Below the pieces are notes generated by a model. It was not told the origin of the DNA and ran no database searches. It worked only from the letters and a program-made list of their open reading frames with translations. From an uncultured Candidatus Peribacteria bacterium (GTDB lineage: Bacteria; Patescibacteriota; Gracilibacteria; Peribacterales; Peribacteraceae): a stretch of DNA of 34,434 bases. The position numbers were made by a program, and so were the translations under genes. This document shows, piece after piece, positions 7,882 through 15,978 of the stretch. Location of the stretch: positions 1,969 through 36,402 of the forward strand of contig CAZBSN010000002.1 in the NCBI GenBank assembly GCA_964494435.1, read 5' to 3'. Numbering within the stretch: position 1 is the stretch's first letter; each line of letters starts with the position of its first letter.

Positions 7882-10011
7882 ATGGATGACGTTCGTCTTC
7901 AGAAGGCCAAAGCTCTCCGCGCAGCAGGTCGCAATCCGTATGCGGCGCGTTTCGACCGTTCGCATGAGTTGACAGAAGCAAAAGAGAAGAAAGATGGAAC
8001 GAAAGTGAACATTGCCGGACGCGTCGTCCTCCTGCGCGACATGGGGAAAATGACCTTTGCGACACTCCAAGATCAATCTGGTCGCTTGCAGATCGCGCTC
8101 AAAATTGAAGATGTCGGAGAGGCTCCCTACAAGGAGTTCCTCGGCCTGGTGGATCTTGGCGATTTTATCGGGGTCGAAGGTGAACGTTTCGCAACACAGA
8201 AAGGTGAGCCGACAGTCGCAGTGAAGAAGTGGACGATGCTCACGAAAGCGCTGCGCCAGCCACCCGAAAAATGGCATGGGATAGCGGATCGTGAGACGGC
8301 GTATCGACACAGATATTTGGACACGATGAGCAATCGCGAGAGCTTGGAACGATTCCTCCTCCGCTCACGCATCATCCGTGCCATGCGCGAGTTTTACTGG
8401 GAGAATAATTTCATCGAAGTGGAACTTCCGGTGCTTGTGAACTCAGCCTCCGGTGCACTCGCCACTCCGTTCACCACACACCACGACGCATTGGATCTGG
8501 ATGTGTACCTGCGCATCGCGTTGGAGACACATCAGAAGGAATGTTTGGTTGGTGGATTCGACCGCACGTTCGCAATTGGTCCCGTGTTTCGTAACGAAGG
8601 AATGGATCCGTCGCACCTGCAGGAATTTACGATGTGCGAGCACTACAGCGCATATTGGGATTACCACGACAACATGAAATTTACCGAGGAGTTGGTGCAA
8701 TCGATTTTGAAGGGCGCGCTTGGCACAACGAAGGTCACGATCCCCGATCGTGAGGGAAAGAAGCATACCGTCGATTTTGGCAAGAAATGGCCAATATTGA
8801 CGCTACGCGAGGCGGTGCTGCAGGGCTGCGGCATCGACTATGACGAATGCAAAACTGCAGACGATCTGCGCGCTGCGATGAAGCAAAAGAAGATCACCTT
8901 GGATCTTGATGTATCGAAGCTCGCACGCGGGAACTTGATCGACCAGCTCTACAAGAAAGTGTCGCGCCCATCGATCGTCGAACCAACGTTCATCACGAAT
9001 CATCCACTCGACCTGTCCCCTCTCGCCCGCGTCAACGACGAAAATCCCGCGATTGTTGATCGCTTCCAACTTGTCGTCAGCGGATGGGAAATTGTGAACG
9101 CCTACAGCGAGCTTGTGGATCCGGTGGATCAAGCGGCGCGCTTCGATCAGCAGGCAAGCGCAAAGCAGAAAGGCGACAAGGACGCTCACATGAAAGACGA
9201 TGAATTCGTGACTGCACTCGAATACGGGTGTCCGCCATGTTCTGGCTGGGGCATGGGCGTCGATCGCTTCGTGACGCTCCTCACACAGCAAGAGAACCTG
9301 CGCGATGTTGTCCTGTTCCCGATCATGAAGCCAGTAAAAGCTATAAGCTCTGAGCGATCAGCTATGAGCAAGAATGAGAAAAATACTCAAAGCTTACAGC
9401 TTACAGCTCAAAGCTCCGATCATCTGCTGCCGGAGCACTCGAAATACGGCCATCTCCTAGAAGGTGCGCACAATCTTATTGAGACGCACGCCGTACAGAC
9501 AAAGGCTCACCTCATCGCGACGGGTGCAGCAATGGAAGCATTAGCTCCGCGATTCAGCGGCGATCCTGCAACGTGGAAAGTCGCCGGCATGCTGCATGAC
9601 CTCGACTGGGACAACCTCGGCAAAGACTGGGAGAAACACTGCGGCTCGACACTGGAAGAGATGCTCAAGACCATCAAAGCTCCGGAAGAGCTTTTGGGCG
9701 ATATTCGCGCTCACTATCAGTCCTTGTATGGCGAGAAGTACCCCTTGAATTCTTCGCTACGCAAAGCCCTCTACTGCGTTGACGAACTGACGGGTTTCAT
9801 CATTGCGGTCACCTACGTTCGCCCCTCAAAGAAGATTGCAGACGTCGAAGTGTCGAGCGTGAAGAAGAAGCTGAAAGACAAAGGCTTCGCGGCACAGGTT
9901 GATCGTGCACAGATCGGAAAGTGTGAAGAACTCCTCGGCATTCCGCTCGACGAGATGATCGGCATTGTCCTTGAGGCGATGAAGAAGGTTTCAAACCAGC
10001 TAGGCCTCTAG
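7882..10011 (+). CDS. lysS: Lysyl-tRNA synthetase (class II) fused to a C-terminal HD-domain hydrolase-like module
   Basis: Residues 1 to about 495 form the class II LysRS core (FRNEGMD, GWEIVNAYSEL, GMGVDRFV, LFPIMKP). A linker of about 30 aa follows. The remaining roughly 190 aa carry H...HD (AGMLHDLDWD) and a conserved tail (ALYCVDELTGFI..VRP..VKKKLKDKGFAA) resembling stand-alone COG2316-type HD proteins. Confidence 0.85.
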   Translation: MDDVRLQKAKALRAAGRNPYAARFDRSHELTEAKEKKDGTKVNIAGRVVLLRDMGKMTFATLQDQSGRLQIALKIEDVGEAPYKEFLGLVDLGDFIGVEGERFATQKGEPTVAVKKWTMLTKALRQPPEKWHGIADRETAYRHRYLDTMSNRESLERFLLRSRIIRAMREFYWENNFIEVELPVLVNSASGALATPFTTHHDALDLDVYLRIALETHQKECLVGGFDRTFAIGPVFRNEGMDPSHLQEFTMCEHYSAYWDYHDNMKFTEELVQSILKGALGTTKVTIPDREGKKHTVDFGKKWPILTLREAVLQGCGIDYDECKTADDLRAAMKQKKITLDLDVSKLARGNLIDQLYKKVSRPSIVEPTFITNHPLDLSPLARVNDENPAIVDRFQLVVSGWEIVNAYSELVDPVDQAARFDQQASAKQKGDKDAHMKDDEFVTALEYGCPPCSGWGMGVDRFVTLLTQQENLRDVVLFPIMKPVKAISSERSAMSKNEKNTQSLQLTAQSSDHLLPEHSKYGHLLEGAHNLIETHAVQTKAHLIATGAAMEALAPRFSGDPATWKVAGMLHDLDWDNLGKDWEKHCGSTLEEMLKTIKAPEELLGDIRAHYQSLYGEKYPLNSSLRKALYCVDELTGFIIAVTYVRPSKKIADVEVSSVKKKLKDKGFAAQVDRAQIGKCEELLGIPLDEMIGIVLEAMKKVSNQLGL

Positions 10012-10419
10012 GGTGTGCGTTCTCCCTCTCCCCAGGGGAGAGGGTTGGGGTGAGGGGTATGACAAATATTCCCGAATTTTTTCGAAGACAACATCCGGTT
10101 TTTTGAGAACTTCTGTATGGCCGATACGAAGTACGCGAAAGCCCCATGAATGTAAGTACTCATCTCGCTTTTTGTCGTATTGTTCTGCGCCGGGCTGCCA
10201 ATGGGAATCCCCATCAACTTCAATAACGAGATTAATTGCTACGCAGAGGAAATCGACAATGTACGGCCCGACCGGGACCTGTCGCCGAAATTTACAACCG
10301 TGATATTTACGTGACCGAATAAGCTTCCACACAACTCGCTCCGCCTGCGTCTGGAGACGACGAAGACTCCTTGCTTGTCCTGTTTTGTGCCGCCGAATCG
10401 GGTCTAATTGCGAAAACAT
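10000..10419 (-). CDS. DUF559 (Vsr/restriction-endonuclease-like) domain protein
   Basis: ARSLRRLQTQAERVVWKLIRSRKYHGCKFRRQVPVGPYIVDFLC...IEVDGDSH is the characteristic DUF559 pattern. I place the start at the ATG at 10419; the ORF could extend to a GTG at 10452. The last roughly 20 codons are encoded by the flanking repeat and overlap the lysS stop by 12 nt. Confidence 0.75.
   Translation of the reverse strand: MFSQLDPIRRHKTGQARSLRRLQTQAERVVWKLIRSRKYHGCKFRRQVPVGPYIVDFLCVAINLVIEVDGDSHWQPGAEQYDKKRDEYLHSWGFRVLRIGHTEVLKKPDVVFEKIREYLSYPSPQPSPLGRGRTHTLEA
10021..10057. repeat. GC-rich palindromic repeat (CCCTCTCCCC-A-GGGGAGAGGG followed by GGGGTGAGGGG), copy A
   Basis: A perfect 10-bp inverted repeat is visible. 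It is closely similar to the reverse complement of 10445-10479. Confidence 0.8.
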
Positions 10420-10444
10420 GCTCCCACCATATGGATGAATCGGA

Positions 10445-10479
10445 CCCCTCACCCTTTCCCTCTCCCTCAGGGAGAGGGG
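10445..10479. repeat. GC-rich palindromic repeat, copy B, inverted relative to copy A
   Basis: The sequence is CCCCTCACCC-TTT-CCCTCTCCC-TCA-GGGAGAGGGG. Its reverse complement aligns to 10021-10057 at about 30 of 36 positions (hand alignment). Confidence 0.8.
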
Positions 10480-10496
10480 AAATGTCAGCCCACTGC

Positions 10497-10552
10497 GAAA
10501 AATAGCGTTCTTCCGTTGTGAAGAACTAGCGTCTTTGACCTAGCTCAAAGAC
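10497..10552 (-). terminator. Tandem hairpins downstream of the first giant gene; the distal one resembles an intrinsic terminator
   Basis: On the minus strand, the proximal hairpin is GTCTTTGA-GCTAGG-TCAAAGAC. The distal one is GTTCTTC-ACAACG-GAAGAAC followed by GCTATTTTT. Confidence 0.5.
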
Positions 10553-10572
10553 GAAGTGAACAAATGCAGTTC

Positions 10573-13500
10573 CTATTTCTTCTTCCCAAATCTTCTTCTC
10601 ACCCACGCATACCCCGCAGCTCCACCCGCGGCCATGAGTGCGATGGCGGCCGGGCCGGTGTCACCGACTGGAGCGTGTGTCGGCGGACGAGGACGGACGA
10701 TGTCCCCGAAAGGAGGTGCAACGGTTCCACCCACTCCCGTCGTCTGCGAACCAGGCTGGAATGGCACTTCGACCAAGGAATCCGGCGGCAATACGATGCC
10801 GCCTGCTTCGGCCTGACAGAGACTGTTGCAACCATCGCCCGGCATTGTGTTGCCGTCGTCACATGCTTCAAGCGGCCGGTCGACGACGCTGTCGCCACAA
10901 CGTCCGCGCGAGCAGTCAGGGCGGCATGCGGCATTCGGCTCAGCGGAATTGCGCGCGCCAAGGTCACACGCTTCGCCCGGCTCCAATGTACCGTTGCCGC
11001 AGAAGTTCGGCGTATAGGCGAGTTCTTCCGGCGTTTCACACTTGCCGCTCACGCAGGCGCTCGCACCAGGACACTGATCGTCCGTGACGCAGCGGCTGCA
11101 CACGGCATTCACGCAGGATCCCGTGTCGCACTGGAAGTCGTACGCGCAGCGCTGGTTCGGACCAAGGAGACAAGCATTGCTGCAGACATCGCTGTCGTTC
11201 AAGTTGCCGTCATCGCACTGCTCTCCTGCGTCCACGCGGCCGTTGCCGCAGTCCGGCGGGGTCGTTTCACACTGGGCCGCGATACAGCGGTGGTTGCTCG
11301 GACATTCGCTGTCGACATTACAGGGTTGGCACGTACCGCTGCGGCAAATGCGGCTCTCACATTGTGCGATCGACGTGCATTCGACGTCCGGATTGCGGCG
11401 GCAGTTGTTGCTGCAGTCGTCCGTGTCGACGCGGTTGTTGTCGTCGCATGATTCACCGCGTTCCACGACGCCGTTGCCGCAGACGGGCGGCGTGACTGTT
11501 CCCGTGTTGCCACCGAACGTACCGCCAATGTTGCCGGTTGTTCCGATCATGCCGTTGTTACCGGTAGTGCCGGTTGTTCCGAAATTCCCGTTGCAATTCG
11601 GGATGTCGCTGCAAAGCCCGCTGATGCACTGCTGACAGTTCAAACAGTCGAGGTTATTGAAGCACGCGCGAGTGGATGACTGGCTCTGTGACGATCGGCT
11701 GGAATCAGGGCGAATGGAGCTGTTTGCGAAGGCGGATGTTCTCTGTGACGACACAAGTGAGGAACGGAGCGACGACGCTGCGCCGCCAGAGGACTTATTC
11801 GATGATGCAAGAGTGCCGCCGGAAGACTTGCCCGACGAAACCGACGATCCCTTGCTGGATGAAACAGAGGAAGCGCGCGATGAGGAAATAGACGATACGC
11901 GCGAAGATGAGACAGAGGATGCACGGCTGGAAGAAGCGGACGAGATGCGGCTCGATGAGAGAGAAGCCGAGCGGCCAGACGAGAACGAAGCGCTACGCAC
12001 AGACGAAGAGGAGGTTTCACGGACACATTGCGCCGAACATCCATCGCCGTTGCGGGCATTACCATCGTCACACTCTTCCAAGCGAGCAATGCCGGGCACG
12101 CTCGACACGGACGCGTTGCTGCGCGCCGAAGACGCGGGTGGCGCCGGACAGTCCTTCGGACAGTTCGTGCTGTTCTCACTCGCATCACAGATCTTATTGC
12201 CACACGTCGTGACGCCTCCACAGTCGACCGCACAAGTAGTGGGTGTCTCGGTTCCGTTGCAGAGCGTATCGCCGCACGCAGGTGGGATAGGCGGAGAAGA
12301 GCCTTCTGCCCCGGATTGGTTTGCAATCGACACGTTCACGACGCCGTCACCACACTGCGCATTGCGGCAGAGCGTGGTGCACGCATCGCGATCCGTCGTG
12401 TTGCCGTCGTCGCATTGTTCCCCAGATTGCACGATCCTGTCGCCGCAGCGCGGACCAGAGGACCTCTGTGATGTTCCGCCGCCCGCCGTGGTGCCTCCTG
12501 GTCCACCATTGCCGCCAGCCGCACCGGCGCCATCTGCACCGCCTCCCGCGCCTGCCGCCTGTCCACCTCCTCCTCCACCTTGCTGCTGTTGCTGACCTGC
12601 AACTGGAGGAGCACCACCTGCCAGGTTCTGAGGCGGTAAGCAGCGATACATGCCACCGAGTCTTCTGCCAGAAATGCGAATTTGCCCGGCGTCCGTCATG
12701 GCTCCAAGCGTCACTGGCATCGCACATTCGAATCCCGAACAACAATCGGGGAGATGGCAAAACGCAGTAGGCTCACATATGCCCGTTGCGAGGTGTGTTT
12801 CGCATCGCAATTGAAGCCTCGCTCCCGAATCCAACACGAACATCACACCGCCGATCTCACGCGATATACCTCTGTTCGTTTCAACCACCGTCCCCGGCAC
12901 GGTTGTTTCCTTCGGTCTATCTACAATTGGCAACGCACTTGTAACTTCGGCTTCAAAGGCTGGATCGATTTTCTCTCCAGCATTGAGATCAAAATAATTC
13001 CAGTTGGAACAGACCTTGCATCCTTTCTCCGGATCGCAGGGCGTTGCCCATGTCGTATCCGTGAAACATCCTCCGCCACCCGCAGCTGGCATAAAACAAT
13101 CCTCATTCTTGCTGCATTCCGCGCGTATATTCGTAGCCTCGTCTTTCTTCCCTTGAAGCGTAAGATTTTTCTTCGGTCCATAGAGTTCGCAGAGTTCGCC
13201 TGATTCCTTCTGGCGTTTAAATCCAGGAGGTGCGCCGGGTATGACATCCGCAAGGAGATTTGCGGCAAGGAGATTCGCCTCTGGAAATAATGCGTCAATA
13301 ATGTCACCAATAGGAGCATCTGGAGCGGCGGGATCACCTGCTCCTGCACCTCCAGCTGCAGGGGGATCACCTGCTCCTGCACCTCCAGCTGCAGGGGGAT
13401 CAGGCGCTCCCCCTCCACCCAGAGCTGGAAAAGCAGGCCCAAATCCACCGGGCCCGGCTGCTTCAACATATTTATCCGTCACATCGACAAACAAATTCGA

Positions 13501-15810
13501 GATATTGGACGTCGGCGTGCACTTTTGATTGGGTCCCGCCAATTTCTTCGCTTCGACATCGGCTTCTTCCCCCGCCGGACACTTCGGTGCTCTCGGTATC
13601 ATTTGCATCTGACCATTTGCACCCACGACGAAATTTGCCGGCTGACCGTCCGGCCCCATTCCTTCAACTATCACCACCCCGGCGCCACCCGCTCCCGCTC
13701 CAGGCTGAGGCACTCCGGGCAATCCTAAAGCCGGCTGCGCCGCTAAAAGATTCGCCTCAGTGCGAAAGGGCTGCCCCGCCTCCGTGGGCAGGGCTGCTGA
13801 TGGCGTGCCGCTATCGGCACCCTGAACATTCTCCGGTTCGCCTGGAACAATCGTTTCAGCCGTCAAACCCGGCGTGTCCTTACCTTGCATGAAGAGACAG
13901 GAATTGAGCGTGATTTTCGGCAGCGCACTAGTACCTTCTCCTTCAAATACCATACAACCGCGTGGATCGCTGCAATTCGGTCCCGCCTGCCGGACCCATT
14001 GATCACAACCTGGGAGCGGATACTCACAGTCGAAGCGTGTGCGGTCTCCCGTAGGAAGCGCCGAACACTTGGCGATTCGGCACTCACTGGCACTCACTTT
14101 GATGCAATTGCTCTCCGCCATTTTCTGCGCCCATGCAGCAGAGAATTTCGTGTAGTACAAATCTGTAGGCGCCTCGGCGCCCGCAATGCCCAGCGGGATA
14201 TTCACTAACGTTCCAGGAGGGAGACCTTCGCGACGACCAATGCTCACTGCAAAGGGATCCTCAGTATTAGGATCGCCGTTGTCGCACGCTTCACCGGTTT
14301 CAACGACGCCGTTCCCGCATCCGACACACTTCTCCTTACATTCGTCTGCTGTGCGATACAGCGTTCCCGGCGTGCTGTCGGCGGCTGCGACTGCATTCTG
14401 ACTTTCACTGTAGGACGGCTGTGGTGATGTTCCGCTATTGACGCACTGGTGCGCCGGCATCGCCGTTCCGCAGCTGACGATCTTTCCTGCGACGGATCCT
14501 CCAACAGTGCAGCAGAACGACTTCGGTGCTTGAAGACCGACGATGATGGCCGCCTTTTGGGCGCACTTATTGTCACATTTGGGATCTTTCGTGGCCGCTG
14601 GATTTCCACAAGAACCATCGGTGTTGTTTGGCGTGGTTGATTCTTCACACTTGCCACTCTTGCACTCGTAACACTTCTTTTCTTCACATTTGCCGGCGCA
14701 TTTTGAATCCGTGGTGGCATTTGGATTTCCACAGGAACCATCGGTGTTGTTTGGCGTGGTTGATTCTTCACACTTCCCATCCTTACATTCGTAACATTTT
14801 TTTGGGGCCGCACATTGTCCACCACATTTCGAATCAGTGCTGGCACCGCCATCACATTGTCCTTTGACAGGATCGTACGTCGCGCCTGTAGAGACTTCAC
14901 ATTTACCATCCTTACATTCGTAACACTTGGGCATCTCTCCGCACTTGTTATCGCAGGAGCTGTTCGTTGAGGCGTTGGGATTACCGCATGAACCATCAGT
15001 GTTATTGGGAGTCGTGGATTTCACGCACGTGCTTCCTTGGCACTCGTAACACACTTTGGGCTCAGAACACTTACCAGCGCATGTGGGATCTTTCGTAGCC
15101 GCTGGATTTCCACATGAGCCATCTGTGTTGTTCGGTGTCGTGGATGCAACACAGGTGCTGCCTTGGCATTCGTAGCAAGTGTTGTTCGCTGCACGGATGA
15201 TGGATTCAGCAACACCGACACACGAGGTGGGGGTGGGGCTGGCAGTACTTTCACTTGGTGATCCAGGTGCTGATTGACTTGCATAGATGTCTCCACAGGC
15301 AATGGGCGTGCCGCATTTTTTCAGTTCGGCCTCGCACTGGGTGCTTGTCGGATCGGAGCCACATGCAGCCTGCACGTTTGTGTCGGATGTTTCGTACGCT
15401 GTAAATGCGTCTTTCGACGCCTGACTGCCCGGATTCTGTTTTTCTATCGCAAGATAGGCTTTAAAGAGTCTTTCCGATTCAATGAGACAACAATAAACTT
15501 TTGACTGAGCAGTGGCAGGAGTGCCGTCCTCTGATGACGGAAGCTTGGTGTAATTACACTTACACACAGATTTTGTAACATCATTTCCTTCTGGATCTTT
15601 AATAACGATATCTGTGCAATCAGCAGCGACAATGCCTCCGGGAGTTGTTGGAGCTGTCGAGGGAGAATCCGCTTGTGACGGAGCTTGCGGCGTCTCTTGC
15701 GCCAACAAAAAGCTTTGAAGCTGCGTTGCGATCGTCGGGGCCACTACAACAACCGCCACTGCGAGAGCAATGAAGGAGAGGGCGCGAACGATCGTTGAAC
15801 GTTGCGGCAT
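10573..15810 (-). CDS. Giant cysteine-rich surface protein G1 (about 1745 aa) with a sortase-type C-terminal signal (VGDTG + hydrophobic + RRRFGKKK)
   Basis: I place the start at the ATG at 15808-15810, giving MPQRSTIVRALSFIALAVAVVVVAP as signal/anchor. The upstream GTG extension to 15957 was rejected. Contents:
- five tandem CYEC...TTPNNTDGSCGNP modules;
- about 8 CGNGvv..GE.CDDGN..D.C repeats;
- Gly-, Ser- and Pro/Ala-rich linkers;
- a C-terminal sorting-signal architecture. Confidence 0.85.
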   Translation of the reverse strand: MPQRSTIVRALSFIALAVAVVVVAPTIATQLQSFLLAQETPQAPSQADSPSTAPTTPGGIVAADCTDIVIKDPEGNDVTKSVCKCNYTKLPSSEDGTPATAQSKVYCCLIESERLFKAYLAIEKQNPGSQASKDAFTAYETSDTNVQAACGSDPTSTQCEAELKKCGTPIACGDIYASQSAPGSPSESTASPTPTSCVGVAESIIRAANNTCYECQGSTCVASTTPNNTDGSCGNPAATKDPTCAGKCSEPKVCYECQGSTCVKSTTPNNTDGSCGNPNASTNSSCDNKCGEMPKCYECKDGKCEVSTGATYDPVKGQCDGGASTDSKCGGQCAAPKKCYECKDGKCEESTTPNNTDGSCGNPNATTDSKCAGKCEEKKCYECKSGKCEESTTPNNTDGSCGNPAATKDPKCDNKCAQKAAIIVGLQAPKSFCCTVGGSVAGKIVSCGTAMPAHQCVNSGTSPQPSYSESQNAVAAADSTPGTLYRTADECKEKCVGCGNGVVETGEACDNGDPNTEDPFAVSIGRREGLPPGTLVNIPLGIAGAEAPTDLYYTKFSAAWAQKMAESNCIKVSASECRIAKCSALPTGDRTRFDCEYPLPGCDQWVRQAGPNCSDPRGCMVFEGEGTSALPKITLNSCLFMQGKDTPGLTAETIVPGEPENVQGADSGTPSAALPTEAGQPFRTEANLLAAQPALGLPGVPQPGAGAGGAGVVIVEGMGPDGQPANFVVGANGQMQMIPRAPKCPAGEEADVEAKKLAGPNQKCTPTSNISNLFVDVTDKYVEAAGPGGFGPAFPALGGGGAPDPPAAGGAGAGDPPAAGGAGAGDPAAPDAPIGDIIDALFPEANLLAANLLADVIPGAPPGFKRQKESGELCELYGPKKNLTLQGKKDEATNIRAECSKNEDCFMPAAGGGGCFTDTTWATPCDPEKGCKVCSNWNYFDLNAGEKIDPAFEAEVTSALPIVDRPKETTVPGTVVETNRGISREIGGVMFVLDSGARLQLRCETHLATGICEPTAFCHLPDCCSGFECAMPVTLGAMTDAGQIRISGRRLGGMYRCLPPQNLAGGAPPVAGQQQQQGGGGGGQAAGAGGGADGAGAAGGNGGPGGTTAGGGTSQRSSGPRCGDRIVQSGEQCDDGNTTDRDACTTLCRNAQCGDGVVNVSIANQSGAEGSSPPIPPACGDTLCNGTETPTTCAVDCGGVTTCGNKICDASENSTNCPKDCPAPPASSARSNASVSSVPGIARLEECDDGNARNGDGCSAQCVRETSSSSVRSASFSSGRSASLSSSRISSASSSRASSVSSSRVSSISSSRASSVSSSKGSSVSSGKSSGGTLASSNKSSGGAASSLRSSLVSSQRTSAFANSSIRPDSSRSSQSQSSTRACFNNLDCLNCQQCISGLCSDIPNCNGNFGTTGTTGNNGMIGTTGNIGGTFGGNTGTVTPPVCGNGVVERGESCDDNNRVDTDDCSNNCRRNPDVECTSIAQCESRICRSGTCQPCNVDSECPSNHRCIAAQCETTPPDCGNGRVDAGEQCDDGNLNDSDVCSNACLLGPNQRCAYDFQCDTGSCVNAVCSRCVTDDQCPGASACVSGKCETPEELAYTPNFCGNGTLEPGEACDLGARNSAEPNAACRPDCSRGRCGDSVVDRPLEACDDGNTMPGDGCNSLCQAEAGGIVLPPDSLVEVPFQPGSQTTGVGGTVAPPFGDIVRPRPPTHAPVGDTGPAAIALMAAGGAAGYAWVRRRFGKKK
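13331..13402 (-). repeat. Perfect 33-bp tandem repeat (2.2 copies) encoding DPPAAGGAGAG inside G1
   Basis: ggatcacctgctcctgcacctccagctgcaggg occurs at 13331-13363 and 13364-13396, followed by a partial third copy. Confidence 0.9.
14563..15177 (-). repeat. Five tandem modules of about 41 aa (about 123 bp), C-Y-E-C-x-x-G-x-C-x-x-S-T-T-P-N-N-T-D-G-S-C-G-N-P-x(7)-C-x(3)-C, inside G1
   Basis: In ORF numbering, the units start at residues 261, 303, 345, 388 and 429. The repeat is visible at both protein and DNA level. Confidence 0.85.
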
Positions 15811-15978
15811 TGTTGGCTCGCAGACTATCAGAACGGCTCCGAACACACAGAGGAGAGGTCTTGCAATGCCATATAACTGTGTCGCTCTATATGTTGATGA
15901 ATGTAACGCTGCGTCTGGGGCTCCACTGTCAAGAAGTTCCCGTGGTGTCGACTGCACGCTTTGCGTACGCTGGCCGCC

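Noticed and set aside
15811-15957. N-terminal extension of G1 to the ORF-track start at 15957.
   Set aside because: That start codon is GTG. The 49 extra residues precede the obvious signal/anchor segment, which begins at the ATG at 15810. The extension would also consume most of the divergent intergenic region shared with the DsbA paralog.
15811-15978. Promoter elements in the divergent G1 / DsbA-paralog intergenic region (TTGACA at about 15931-15926 on the minus strand; TTGCAA at 15861-15866 on the plus strand).
   Set aside because: Neither -35-like hexamer has a convincing -10 hexamer at 16-19 nt spacing. The region is probably regulatory, but I cannot place the elements.
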